DNA of 55,750 bases, taken from assembly GCA_964373805.1 (NCBI GenBank), contig CAYJWF010000008.1, positions 1 through 55,750 on the forward strand, written 5' to 3'. This DNA is from an uncultured Planctomycetia bacterium (GTDB taxonomy: Bacteria > Omnitrophota > Gorgyraeia > 1-14-0-20-64-10). Positions 14,248 to 23,039 of this stretch are shown one piece after another; within the stretch, counting starts at the first letter, position 1, and every line of letters starts with the position of its first letter. The notes below the pieces were generated by a model. The model saw nothing but the letters and a program-made list of their open reading frames with translations, made no database searches and was not told the DNA's origin. Position numbers and translations under genes: made by a program.

Positions 14248-14480
14248 CGATTCCTCCCCCTCGAAGGAGCGCCAAACACCGCGAGGTCTCCTGGCTTCCC
14301 CGACCTTGAACGCTGCCTTCCCACTCCAGGTGCTAGGCACCAAACTTAAAATGGCGCCAGGCACTTTTTAAGGAGCAGTGGCTTACCTGCGTCAAGGCCC
14401 TTATCCACCGCTAAAATGGTGGATCGGGGTTACAGTGGCGGGGCCGCGCCCGACTTTAACGGGCTTCCCTCACACGATGT
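14248..14480 (-). promoter_or_regulatory. cobalamin (B12) riboswitch with expression platform, leader of the cobUTS-cobD-cobQ-cbiBA operon
   Basis: The minus-strand RNA reads GGGAAGCCCGTTAAAGTCGGGCGCGGCCCCGCCACTGTAACC...GCCACTG...GGGAAGGC. The B12 box is GGGGAAGCCAGGAGACCTCGC. The platform GCTCCTTCGAGGGGGAGGA allows CTCC to pair with the SD GGAG. Confidence 0.88.
14329..14364. repeat. F4-type palindromes inside the cobU riboswitch variable arm
   Basis: GGTGCTAGGCACC (14329-14341) and TGGCGCCAGGCAC (14352-14364) are separated by AAACTTAAAA. They are related to the arms at 7301/7351 and 9824/9841. Confidence 0.7.
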
Positions 14481-14559
14481 CCTAGGTTGTCAAACGGCTT
14501 ACTTGTATCACGGATGGGCCGACGAAGTCAAGGAGAAAGCCTTGGAAGCCTTTGAAACC

Positions 14560-15042
14560 CTACAGGAAAAGGAGGCCCAGATGGACGAGGAGGCTAACGA
14601 TCAAGCCCGCCCCGAGAACTCCGAGGGCAATGGAGGGAAAGGCAAGGCGAAAGGGGAGCTTAAAGAGGCTGGCGGCGGCACAGCCGGTCCAGGCGCCGGT
14701 TAAGGGCAACGGGATCGCCACAAAAATAGCTAACCCAATGGCTTCGTACCGTTGAACGACCCCCGCCTTGGAAGCGGTCCGGGTAAAGAGCCAGTCAAAA
14801 AAACTTTTCCAGAGGGGAAATTGCCGCAGCCAGTTCGAAACCGGATCCAAGAAAAGAAGCAAGGGAACCACCGGCAAGAGATTGCCGAGGCAGGCCCACC
14901 CAAACGCCTGCGCCAGAGGCAACTTCAAGGCCACCCCCACCGGAATCGCCCCCCGCACCTCCGCGATCGGAAGAGCCGCCACCAAAGCGGTCACTCCTTC
15001 CGGTGGAAAGTGGTTCAGGAGCTCAATCAGTCGTTGGATCAT
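14560..15042 (-). CDS. small membrane protein, putative small multidrug export family (COG2426-like)
   Basis: 160 aa with 4-5 TM segments. The motifs PIAEVRGAIPVG and IPLPLTGAWTG are recalled as typical of this family. Confidence 0.65.
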   Translation of the reverse strand: MIQRLIELLNHFPPEGVTALVAALPIAEVRGAIPVGVALKLPLAQAFGWACLGNLLPVVPLLLFLDPVSNWLRQFPLWKSFFDWLFTRTASKAGVVQRYEAIGLAIFVAIPLPLTGAWTGCAAASLFKLPFRLAFPSIALGVLGAGLIVSLLVHLGLLFL

Positions 15043-15700
15043 GGGCAGAGGCTTCCCCCTCTTGGTAACCCTGCTTTCCGATCAAGGGGACAAAGACACA
15101 GCCGCACACGGAGCGAACTTCCTCTTTTCCTCCTCGACGTTCCACCACGGTGAGGGTCTGGTCGAGCAGGCTGCCGACCGGCATGACCAACCGTCCACCC
15201 TCCGCCAGCTGCTCGACTAAGGCCGGCGGTACCTGGGAGCCCGCCGCGGTCACTAAGATCCCATCAAACGGGGCCGCCTCCGGCCATCCTAAGGAACCAT
15301 CCCCAACTCGGATCTCCACGTTAGAAATCTTAAGCTGGCGCAACACCTCGGAGGCGCCTTGAGCCAATTCCGGAATTCTCTCCATCGAGTAGACCGACGC
15401 GGCCAGACGCGACAGCACGGCCGCCTGATAGCCCGATCCGCCGCCCACCTCCAATACCCGAGCCGTGGGATTCAAACGAAGCTGCTCTGTCATCAAAGCC
15501 ACCATGTACGGTTGAGAGATCGTCTGACCCGATCCAATGGGAACGGGATGGTCGGTGTAACTCTCGGCTCGATGCTCGATGGGAACGAACCCATGCCGGG
15601 GAATCTCTCCCATGACGGCCAACAGCTTGGGATCTCGAATGCCTCGAGCCACCAATTGATCGCTCACCATCTGACGCCGCTGGAGTTCAAAGGGGATCAT
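15023..15700 (-). CDS. pcm: protein-L-isoaspartate O-methyltransferase
   Basis: C-terminal 225 aa of ORF 15023..15853. The ATG at 15700 overlaps the GT2 stop (ATGA). Motifs: GQTISQPYMVALMTE and VLEVGGGSGYQAAVLS. Confidence 0.9.
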   Translation of the reverse strand: MIPFELQRRQMVSDQLVARGIRDPKLLAVMGEIPRHGFVPIEHRAESYTDHPVPIGSGQTISQPYMVALMTEQLRLNPTARVLEVGGGSGYQAAVLSRLAASVYSMERIPELAQGASEVLRQLKISNVEIRVGDGSLGWPEAAPFDGILVTAAGSQVPPALVEQLAEGGRLVMPVGSLLDQTLTVVERRGGKEEVRSVCGCVFVPLIGKQGYQEGEASAHDPTTD

Positions 15701-16371
15701 GGAGGAGAGGGCCTCCCCTTCGCCTCGCTCTGGGTCGCCATGACGAGGAGGAAGCGAAAAAACCGGACGGTGTCCCGCAAGGGACGAACGAAGCTTAAGG
15801 AACGCCGATACACGGTGCTGATCGGAACCGAGCCGATTCGAAAACCAGCCCACGCGGATTTCACCACCAACTCCGAATCAATCTCGAACCGCTCCGAAGC
15901 CAATCGGACCCGTTCCAAGACCGGACGTGAGATGAGACGAAATCCACACTGCGTATCCGGAATAGGCTGACCCGCCACCCGAGAGAGGAACCACGACATC
16001 CAACGATTGGTCAGCCGCCGTTCCCAGGGCATCCCCTGAGGGTGGGTCATCCGGTTACCGATCACCAAATCTAAGGATCCTTTCAGTTCCAGGAATCGTG
16101 GGATCTCGCTGGGAAGATGCTGCCCATCGGCATCCAGGGTGAGAACCCAGTTGAACCCTTTTCGGAGCGCCTCCGAGAACCCCTTCCGAAGAGCGGCCCC
16201 TTTTCCGCCATTCACGGGACTCCGGATCAAGTAAATCCCTCTCGCCAAAGCCTCCTGGGTGGTTGCATCGCTGGAGGCATCGTCCACCACCATCACCGGC
16301 AAACCTTGCGCGAGGATGGCATCCACCAACGGCCCGATCGTGGCCTCCGCTTGAAAGGCCGGGATGACCAC
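15697..16371 (-). CDS. family-2 glycosyltransferase (polyprenol-phosphate sugar synthase-like)
   Basis: 224 aa with GTG start. It has a VVIPAF...VVDDASSD...NGGKGAALRKGF GT-A fold signature and the DAD motif LTLDADGQH. Confidence 0.8.
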   Translation of the reverse strand: MVIPAFQAEATIGPLVDAILAQGLPVMVVDDASSDATTQEALARGIYLIRSPVNGGKGAALRKGFSEALRKGFNWVLTLDADGQHLPSEIPRFLELKGSLDLVIGNRMTHPQGMPWERRLTNRWMSWFLSRVAGQPIPDTQCGFRLISRPVLERVRLASERFEIDSELVVKSAWAGFRIGSVPISTVYRRSLSFVRPLRDTVRFFRFLLVMATQSEAKGRPSPP

Positions 16372-16393
16372 GATGGTATCGCGGCAGCCGGTT

Positions 16394-17278
16394 CTAACGG
16401 ATGACGGCAGGGACAGGCCTCCAGAATTCTTGGAAAACGTACCATTGCGTGGGATATTGTCGAATGTAACGGGCCATCACGTCCAGGCAGTCGCGGGTGA
16501 TCTGGACCACCGCCTCGTCTCGAGGGACTCCTGGAGGTGGAGGGATCGGAGGTTCCACGATGAGCCGATAGTTTCCTCTGCCTTCTCGAACCATAAAGAT
16601 GGGGACGATCGGGGAGCCGGTCTTTAAGCTCAACAAGGCGGGCCCCCTCGGCACCCGGATCGTACGGCCGAACAGGGGCAACTCCATTCCACCCTGGAAG
16701 AAGTCGCGATCCCCGACCAGGGCAAGAAACTCGTTGCTTCGCAGAACCGAGAGGGAGCTCTCCACACAGGACCTGTGATCCAACGAGTGGACGGGCAGAC
16801 CATTCACTCCAACGCGGGCTCGCTGCCGAGTAAAGAAGGCATCCACCCGAGGATTCTGATGAACCAGAACCACGGCATGGATCTTCACTCCCAAGAGGGA
16901 GATCACCGCTCCTCCGAGCTCGTAGTTGCCTAAGTGGGCGGTTAACCCAATGGCCCCTCGGCCGGCCGTCAACACCGCCTCCAATCGATCGAAACCCTCG
17001 ATGCGCACCCGCCGGCGAATTTCCTCTAACGTGAGGTTCCCAAAACGAAAAAAGTCCACCAGGTACAAGGCGAAATTCCGGAAAACCTCTCGAACCTTGG
17101 CCGGGGAAACATTCTCCTCCTCTAAGATGGCCGCCAGATTGCTGCGCACCCCTTCCCGATCCCGGGCCGACCAGCCTGAGTAAAGGTCCGCCATTCTATA
17201 GCCCAACCAATAACAGAGCTTAAGAGGCAGGAGATGACACCCCACGTATCCCAGCTGGTAGAGGAGATAGAAGAACAC
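16394..17278 (-). CDS. lysophospholipid / lipid A biosynthesis acyltransferase family (LpxL/HtrB-like)
   Basis: 294 aa with an N-terminal membrane anchor and an HtrB-family layout (GRGAIGLTAHLGNYELGG). Confidence 0.75.
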   Translation of the reverse strand: MFFYLLYQLGYVGCHLLPLKLCYWLGYRMADLYSGWSARDREGVRSNLAAILEEENVSPAKVREVFRNFALYLVDFFRFGNLTLEEIRRRVRIEGFDRLEAVLTAGRGAIGLTAHLGNYELGGAVISLLGVKIHAVVLVHQNPRVDAFFTRQRARVGVNGLPVHSLDHRSCVESSLSVLRSNEFLALVGDRDFFQGGMELPLFGRTIRVPRGPALLSLKTGSPIVPIFMVREGRGNYRLIVEPPIPPPPGVPRDEAVVQITRDCLDVMARYIRQYPTQWYVFQEFWRPVPAVIR

Positions 17279-17280
17279 CC

Positions 17281-18402
17281 TTATCCCTTGCCCATTCCTA
17301 AGAGGAGCCGCGCCGCCTCGACGGCCGCATGGGGCCTTCCCAGACGCTTGGCGTTAGCGGTCAGATGCTGCAACTGGGCAGGATTGTCCAAGAGGCGTTG
17401 AATCACCTCGGTGAGCCCCTTGGGATCGGAAACCGCCACAGCGGCTTGGGCACTGGTCAAAAAGTGGGCGTTCTTCACCTCCTGGCCTGGAATGGGGTTC
17501 AAGACAATCATCGGCAGTCCCTTGGCCAAGGCCTCGGCGGTCGTCAAGCCTCCGGGCTTGGTAACGATGAAGGTCGCCACACTCATCAAGTCCGCGATAA
17601 AATCGACGTGCCCAAAGACCTGCACCGGATGCTTTAATCGCGGGATTTGGGTGATCAACCGATGGTAGAGGCGTTCGTTGCTGCCGGCCACCACGAGAAG
17701 CTGCAAGGGCCTTTGGGTAGCATCCAAAACCTGAACGGCCTCCAACAGGGGGCCCAATCCCTGCCCTCCTCCCATCAAGAGCAAGGTCGGCACGCCGTTG
17801 GAGAGCTGCAGTCGGCGCCGAACCAGATCCAAACGGGGAGCCTCGCCAAAATGGGGCTCGATGGGAATGCCGGTGACGAAGACCTTCGCCGGATCCACCT
17901 GCCGACTGGCGAGCCATTGCCGGCTCTCCTCGGCCCCCACGAGATAGCCGTCGATCCGCTCATGCACCCAAAAGGCATGGGGAAGGAAATCGGTAATCAC
18001 CCCGTACAGAGGGGTGGCAAGGTCGTACTCCTTCTTGTAGTCGGCCACCAATCCACAGGGAAAGGCCTGGGTGCAAGCGATCACCTCAGGCTTAAACTCC
18101 TCCAGAAGCCCCTTCAAGCGCGGCGAATCGTACCGATGGAGAAGCGACCGAAGCCTTTCCGAACGTTGAACCACCTTCGGATTATCGTACAAGTAATCCC
18201 AGAGCTCTGGCCACTTCTGAATCACGGACAGGTACATGCGGTCCACGATCCGGGCGAGGATGGGGTTTAAGTATTGAAAGGCGTCGATGGTCAGGATCTC
18301 GGCCTGGGGGTTTAAGAGGCGGATCCCGGCTCCCAAGGCCTGAGCCGCTTGAAAGTGGCCCGAGCGAACCGTGATGTACATGAGTAAGATGCGCTGGACC
18401 AT
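17281..18402 (-). CDS. MGDG-synthase-like / UgtP-like diacylglycerol glycosyltransferase (GT28)
   Basis: C-terminal 373 aa of ORF 17281..18510. The ATG at 18402 lies 1 nt after the upstream stop. N-terminus ILLMYITVRSGHFQAAQAL. The C-terminal GT-B domain contains KPGGLTTAEALAKGLPM. Confidence 0.78.
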   Translation of the reverse strand: MVQRILLMYITVRSGHFQAAQALGAGIRLLNPQAEILTIDAFQYLNPILARIVDRMYLSVIQKWPELWDYLYDNPKVVQRSERLRSLLHRYDSPRLKGLLEEFKPEVIACTQAFPCGLVADYKKEYDLATPLYGVITDFLPHAFWVHERIDGYLVGAEESRQWLASRQVDPAKVFVTGIPIEPHFGEAPRLDLVRRRLQLSNGVPTLLLMGGGQGLGPLLEAVQVLDATQRPLQLLVVAGSNERLYHRLITQIPRLKHPVQVFGHVDFIADLMSVATFIVTKPGGLTTAEALAKGLPMIVLNPIPGQEVKNAHFLTSAQAAVAVSDPKGLTEVIQRLLDNPAQLQHLTANAKRLGRPHAAVEAARLLLGMGKG

Positions 18403-18403
18403 G

Positions 18404-19612
18404 TCAGGAAGAAATGGCCAAGATTTTCCGAATCCGGTCCAAGGCGATTTGAAGCCGCTCTTCCGGCTCGACGAGCGCGAACCGGATGAACCCCTCCCCA
18501 TACTCCCCAAAACCGGTGCCCGGAGCCGTCACGATCCCCGCCTCATCCACCAGAAGCTGCGCGAATTCCAGAGAGGTCAAGCCGCTGAATTTGGGGGGGA
18601 TGTGCGCCCAAAGGTAAAAGGTCCCCTTCGGGAGTGGAACCTTCCAATCCATCGCGTGAAGCCCTTGGACAAAGAGGTCTCGGCGCTTCCGATAAACTTC
18701 CACCAACTTCTTCACGTAATCTTGGGGCCCCGTGAGGGCGGCGATGGCCGCCTCTTGGACCGCTCGGAAGATCCCGAAGTCGATGTACGACTTGGTCTTC
18801 TCCAGGGAACGGAGGATCGGAGCGTTGCCCACCACCCAGCCGATCCGCCAACCGGCCATGTTGTAACTCTTAGAACAGGTATGAAACTCCACACAGTTTC
18901 CCTCTTTGGCCCCTCTGGCCTGCAACAAACTGGGGGCTCGGTACCCGTCGAAGACGATGTCGGAATAAGCCAAGTCGGAGCAGAGGATGATCCCTTTGCC
19001 CTTTCCCCAGTCGACCAGCTCCTGGTAGAAATCCAGATCCACACAGGCCGTCGTTGGATTGTGGGGGTAACTGACAAAGGCGATCTTCGCCATCCGGATC
19101 ACCTCTCGACTCAAATCCTGGAAGGAAGGACGAAACTGGTTCTCCGGACCGATGGGGATGTTGTAAAGAATCCCTCCCGCCATGATGACGCCGTTGGCGT
19201 GAACCGGATAGGCCGGATTGGGAACGAGGCCAATATCGTCATTGTTCAAGAAGGCGAGCGAGAGATGGGCAATCCCTTCCTTAGACCCAATGAGGGGCAA
19301 CACCTCGGTCTTCGGATCCAACTCCACGTGGAACCGTTCGTGGTACCATTGGGCGATGGCGAGCCTCAACCGTTCCTCGACCTCTCCGTGCGGACGGGAG
19401 TAGCGCTGATTCTCGGTCTTGCGGGCAGCCCGGCAAAGCTCTTCCACCACGTGGGGAGGGCTCGGCAGATCGGGATTGCCCATCCCCAGATCGATCACGT
19501 CCACTCCGCGGGCCTTGGCCTTGGCCTTCAACTCATCGATGATGGTAAACAGGTACAAGGGCAGTCGCTTCATTCGGTTCGCCTCGTGCATGTTTCCTCC
19601 AATTCCACTCAT
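18404..19612 (-). CDS. alaC: PLP-dependent aminotransferase, AlaC (YfdZ)-like glutamate-pyruvate aminotransferase
   Basis: Collinear with E. coli AlaC as I recall it: RLPLYLF...DVIDLGMGNPDLPSPPHVVEEL...SKSYNMAGWRIGW...KSYIDFG. The start chosen is the ATG at 19612, which overlaps the lipA stop (ATGA). The ATGs at 19591 and 19573 are alternatives. Confidence 0.82.
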   Translation of the reverse strand: MSGIGGNMHEANRMKRLPLYLFTIIDELKAKAKARGVDVIDLGMGNPDLPSPPHVVEELCRAARKTENQRYSRPHGEVEERLRLAIAQWYHERFHVELDPKTEVLPLIGSKEGIAHLSLAFLNNDDIGLVPNPAYPVHANGVIMAGGILYNIPIGPENQFRPSFQDLSREVIRMAKIAFVSYPHNPTTACVDLDFYQELVDWGKGKGIILCSDLAYSDIVFDGYRAPSLLQARGAKEGNCVEFHTCSKSYNMAGWRIGWVVGNAPILRSLEKTKSYIDFGIFRAVQEAAIAALTGPQDYVKKLVEVYRKRRDLFVQGLHAMDWKVPLPKGTFYLWAHIPPKFSGLTSLEFAQLLVDEAGIVTAPGTGFGEYGEGFIRFALVEPEERLQIALDRIRKILAISS

Positions 19613-20568
19613 GGATGCACCCCCCGTTGCACAGCCTCGAAGGCATTGTACGATGAGCGAACGTAAGGGCCGCTGGCTACGAAGGAGAATCCGAGTGCCA
19701 ATCCCCACGCCCGATAAAGGGAAAACTGTTCCAACGAAATAAAACGGGCCACCGCCGGATGATTCGGCGCGGGCCGAAGATACTGACCAATGGTCAATAT
19801 CTCGCACCCGACTTGACGAAGATCCACCATCGCCTGCCGAATCTCCTCAGGCTCCTCCCCAAGACCCACCATGAGCCCACTCTTCATCTTGATCCGGCCT
19901 TGACCTAGCTCCTTCGCGATTCGGAGAACCTCCAGCGATCGGTCGTAATCGGCTTGGGGACGCACCCGCCGAGACAGACGCCTAACGGTTTCCAGGTTAT
20001 GGGCGTAAACTTGAGGGCCCGCACGCACCACCGTGTCCAGGAAAGACCGATGGGCATGAAAATCTGGAGTCAACACCTCCACCTGCGCGAAAGGAACGCG
20101 GCACTTAATGGCCCGGACCGTCTCGGCAAAGGCGCCAGAGCCTTCGTCGGGAAGGTCGTCCCGCGCCACCGAGGTAATCACCACGTATTGGAGCTTGAGC
20201 CGGGCCACCGCCTCGGCCAGCCGTTTGGGCTCCTCCAGGTCCTCTCCTAAAGGTCGTCCCGTGGTGACCGCGCAAAAGGGGCACCGCCGGGTACACCGGT
20301 CCCCAAGGATCATGAAACTCACATTCCCATGAGACCAGCATTCTCCCAAATTGGGACACCGGGCCTCTTCGCAGACGGTATGGAGCTTAAGCTCGCGGGT
20401 GAGCGACTTGGCCAACTCCCACTGGCCATGCACCGCCAAGGGCCGATGCATCCACGCGGGGAAACGGCCAGGGTTGGCCGGTGGTGAGGCTCCCTCTAGC
20501 CGAAGCCACTGGCCAGAGGGCCGTGGTGAGGCTCCCTCTAGCCGAAGCCAGTTACTCGTGAGCGGCAT
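19609..20568 (-). CDS. lipA: lipoyl synthase
   Basis: Radical-SAM and auxiliary cluster motifs are present (CEEARCPNLGEC, CTRRCPFC). RFPAWMHRPL aligns with the conserved KPEWLK(I/V)(K/R)L motif, so the start lies upstream at the ATG at 20568. The N-terminus carries a 14-codon tandem duplication. Confidence 0.9.
   Translation of the reverse strand: MPLTSNWLRLEGASPRPSGQWLRLEGASPPANPGRFPAWMHRPLAVHGQWELAKSLTRELKLHTVCEEARCPNLGECWSHGNVSFMILGDRCTRRCPFCAVTTGRPLGEDLEEPKRLAEAVARLKLQYVVITSVARDDLPDEGSGAFAETVRAIKCRVPFAQVEVLTPDFHAHRSFLDTVVRAGPQVYAHNLETVRRLSRRVRPQADYDRSLEVLRIAKELGQGRIKMKSGLMVGLGEEPEEIRQAMVDLRQVGCEILTIGQYLRPAPNHPAVARFISLEQFSLYRAWGLALGFSFVASGPYVRSSYNAFEAVQRGVHP
20481..20550. repeat. 42-nt-period tandem duplication in the lipA 5' region
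   Basis: GTGGTGAGGCTCCCTCTAGCCGAAGCCA occurs identically at 20481-20508 and 20523-20550. It is translated as WLRLEGASPRPSGQ / WLRLEGASPPANPG. Confidence 0.85.
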
Positions 20569-21943
20569 AATAGATCGACTGCCCCAACGCCATGGCGGCC
20601 GCCTCCCAGAGCGACTCGCTCATCGTCGGGTGCCCATGAAGCGTCTCGACCAAATCTTTGAGGGTCAATTGGTGTTGAATCGCCAAGGCCGCCTCTCCGA
20701 TAAGATCGGTCGCTCGCGCACCTAAGATCTGTACCCCCACCAGCCGTCCGGTGGATTGCTCGGCCACCACCTGGACGAAACCTTCCGTCTCCTCCAACGT
20801 CTGGGCACGGGAAAAACCGGCGAAGCTCAATCGACTGACCGTTACCCTCGTTCCCTGCACACGGGCCTCTTGCTCCGTGAGACCCACCGAAGCGATCTCC
20901 GGCTCGGTGTAGAGGGCATCCGGCACGACCGAGTAATCGACCCGACGGGAACCCCCCAAAGCGTTCTCCGAGGCCACCGCCCCTTCGTAACTGGCCGTGC
21001 AAGCCAACTGGTACTCGCCCAAGAGGTCACCGATTCCAAAGATCGAGGGAATGCTGGTCTTGAGCTGTTCATCGACCGGTAATCCCCCTTTCTCCAGTTT
21101 TAACCCAACGCCTTCTGCTCCTTTGGGGAGTTGAGGTTGCCGTCCGGCCGCCATCAGGATGAGGCCGCCCCTTAACCGCTCGCCTCCGGCCAAGGTGACG
21201 GTGGCCTGCCCTTGGCCCTCGCGGGTCACCTCCTTAACCTTTGTGCCGGTCAGGATCGTTACCCCCCTTCGCTTTAAGCTCTGGGCAAAGGCCTCGGCAA
21301 TTCGAGAATCTTCGGCAGGGAGCACTCGATCCGTCGCCTCCACCAGCGTCACGGAAACTCCGAGATCCACAAAATAGCTGGCAAACTCCGACCCGACCAC
21401 CCCCGCCCCTATCACGACGAGAGAGGAGGGCAGCCGATCCAGATCCAAGATCTCATCGCTGGTCACCACCACCTCTCCATCGATCGGACAACCGGCCAGG
21501 GTACTGGGTCTAGAGCCGGTGGCCAGCACCAGGGCCTGGGCCTTTAGCCCCGTAGAACGGCTTCCGGATCCCAGGACCTCCACCTCGTCCTTCCTCTGAA
21601 GAACCCCTTCCCCTTGAAGCCAAGTCACCTGGGATCGCTGGACGAGATCCATCAAAGCGGTTCGGAGTCGTCTTAGAATCCGATCCTTGCGGGCCTTGAC
21701 CTGGCCCATCTCCACGCGAATCCCTTCGCATCGGATCCCTATGGTCTCGGACTTGGCCAACTGCGCCATCAGCCGCGCCGTGGTTCCCAAAGCGCGGGCC
21801 GGGATACACCCCCGATTCAAACAGGTCCCCCCCAACGGCCCGGGATCGATGAGGCAAACCTTGGCTCCTTTCTGAGCGCCCCGGATGGCCGCCGACAAGC
21901 CGCCGGGTCCGCCTCCTAAAACGCAAAGGTCGTACGAATCCAC
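20552..21943 (-). CDS. lpdA: dihydrolipoyl dehydrogenase (E3)
   Basis: 463 aa with FAD motif VLGGGPGG, redox-active disulfide GGTCLNRGCIP and a C-terminal HAHPT-like HGHPTMSE. Confidence 0.93.
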   Translation of the reverse strand: MDSYDLCVLGGGPGGLSAAIRGAQKGAKVCLIDPGPLGGTCLNRGCIPARALGTTARLMAQLAKSETIGIRCEGIRVEMGQVKARKDRILRRLRTALMDLVQRSQVTWLQGEGVLQRKDEVEVLGSGSRSTGLKAQALVLATGSRPSTLAGCPIDGEVVVTSDEILDLDRLPSSLVVIGAGVVGSEFASYFVDLGVSVTLVEATDRVLPAEDSRIAEAFAQSLKRRGVTILTGTKVKEVTREGQGQATVTLAGGERLRGGLILMAAGRQPQLPKGAEGVGLKLEKGGLPVDEQLKTSIPSIFGIGDLLGEYQLACTASYEGAVASENALGGSRRVDYSVVPDALYTEPEIASVGLTEQEARVQGTRVTVSRLSFAGFSRAQTLEETEGFVQVVAEQSTGRLVGVQILGARATDLIGEAALAIQHQLTLKDLVETLHGHPTMSESLWEAAAMALGQSIYYAAHE

Positions 21944-21950
21944 GGGGAGA

Positions 21951-23039
21951 TCAAAGCACTCTTAGCTTTTGAACGATCGCCTCGGCCATCTGGCGTGTTC
22001 CCACCGCCGTGGGGTCCATCCTCCGCTTCTTAAGATCGTAGGTAACAGACTCTCCCTCGCGCAAGACCTCGGCCACGGCCCGATCCAGCCGATCGGCCGC
22101 TTCCCATTCCCCTAAATACCGGAGCATCAAGACCCCGGAAAGGATCGTGGCCGTTGGGTTGACCCTGTTCTGCCCCTGATATTTGGGGGCCGACCCGTGG
22201 ACCGGTTCGAAGACCGCTATCCCATCTCCCAAATTGGCCCCCGGAGCCACTCCCAATCCTCCAATCAAACCGGCGCAAAGATCGGAGACGATGTCCCCAT
22301 AGAGATTTGGGGTGACCAGCACATCGAAGTTCTCCGGACGCTGGACCAGCTGCATGCAAAGGTTGTCCACGATTCGGTCCTCAAACTCCACGCGGCCCGC
22401 GTAGTCGCCCGCTACCGTCCTCGCCACGGCGAGAAAGAGCCCATCGCTGTACTTCATGATGTTGGCCTTATGCACCGCTGTGATCTTTTTTCGATGAGCT
22501 TTAAGCGCGTATTCGAAGGCAAACCGCACGATCCTCTGAGAGGCAGTGGCCGAAATCGGCTTCAGGGAAATGGCCGAATCCGACCGGATTGTTTTGCCCC
22601 CGTGCCCCTTCACCCAGGCGATCAACTCCTTCGCCTCCGGGGTGTCGTTGTCGTATTCGATCCCGGCGTACAGATCCTCTGAATTTTCTCGGACGATCAC
22701 CAGATCCACCTTCTCGTGGTGGGAAGGGACCCCAGGATAAAGTCGGCAGGGACGCACGCACGCATAAAGATCCAAGGCGTGCCTGAGCGCCACGTTGACC
22801 GATCGGATCCCGGTTCCCACGGGAGTGGTGATCGGTCCTTTGAGGGCCACCCGGTTACGCCGGATCGATTCCAGGACCACCTCGGGAAGCGGAGAACCGA
22901 ATTGAGGGATGATTCCTTCCCCGGCGGCATGAACCTCCCACTCGAACGGCACGCCGGTCGCTTCCAAGCAGGCCTTGGCCGCCGCGGCCACCTCCGGCCC
23001 TATTCCATCCCCGGGAATCAAGGTGACTCGATGACTCAC
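21951..23039 (-). CDS. icd: isocitrate dehydrogenase, NAD-type (isocitrate/isopropylmalate dehydrogenase family)
   Basis: C-terminal 362 aa of ORF 21951..23138. The GTG at 23039 overlaps the upstream stop (GTGA). Motifs: LIPGDGIGPE, RSVNVALR..LDLYACVRP and NLYGDIVSD. Confidence 0.85.
   Translation of the reverse strand: MSHRVTLIPGDGIGPEVAAAAKACLEATGVPFEWEVHAAGEGIIPQFGSPLPEVVLESIRRNRVALKGPITTPVGTGIRSVNVALRHALDLYACVRPCRLYPGVPSHHEKVDLVIVRENSEDLYAGIEYDNDTPEAKELIAWVKGHGGKTIRSDSAISLKPISATASQRIVRFAFEYALKAHRKKITAVHKANIMKYSDGLFLAVARTVAGDYAGRVEFEDRIVDNLCMQLVQRPENFDVLVTPNLYGDIVSDLCAGLIGGLGVAPGANLGDGIAVFEPVHGSAPKYQGQNRVNPTATILSGVLMLRYLGEWEAADRLDRAVAEVLREGESVTYDLKKRRMDPTAVGTRQMAEAIVQKLRVL

Noticed and set aside
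13678-14364. 228-aa ORF-track version of cobU starting at the GTG at 14364
   Set aside because: The first 39 codons run through the conserved core of a cobalamin riboswitch. An ATG with a strong GGAGG lies at 14247, directly before the P-loop domain.
14416-14703. 95-aa plus-strand ORF between the cob riboswitch and the small membrane-protein gene
   Set aside because: It starts antisense within the riboswitch and ends antisense within the 14560-15042 gene. The sequence is low-complexity Gly/Lys/Glu/Ala, with no RBS.
18371-19666. 431-aa plus-strand ORF, the longest on the plus strand
   Set aside because: It lies entirely antisense to the AlaC-like aminotransferase, whose translation is clearly homologous to a known family. 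Its own translation is low-complexity and Arg/Gly/Pro-rich, as expected for shadow ORFs in GC-rich DNA. The same reasoning applies to 28102..28932, 40060..40860, 42102..42896, 52971..53651, 46661..47263 and the other plus-strand ORFs.
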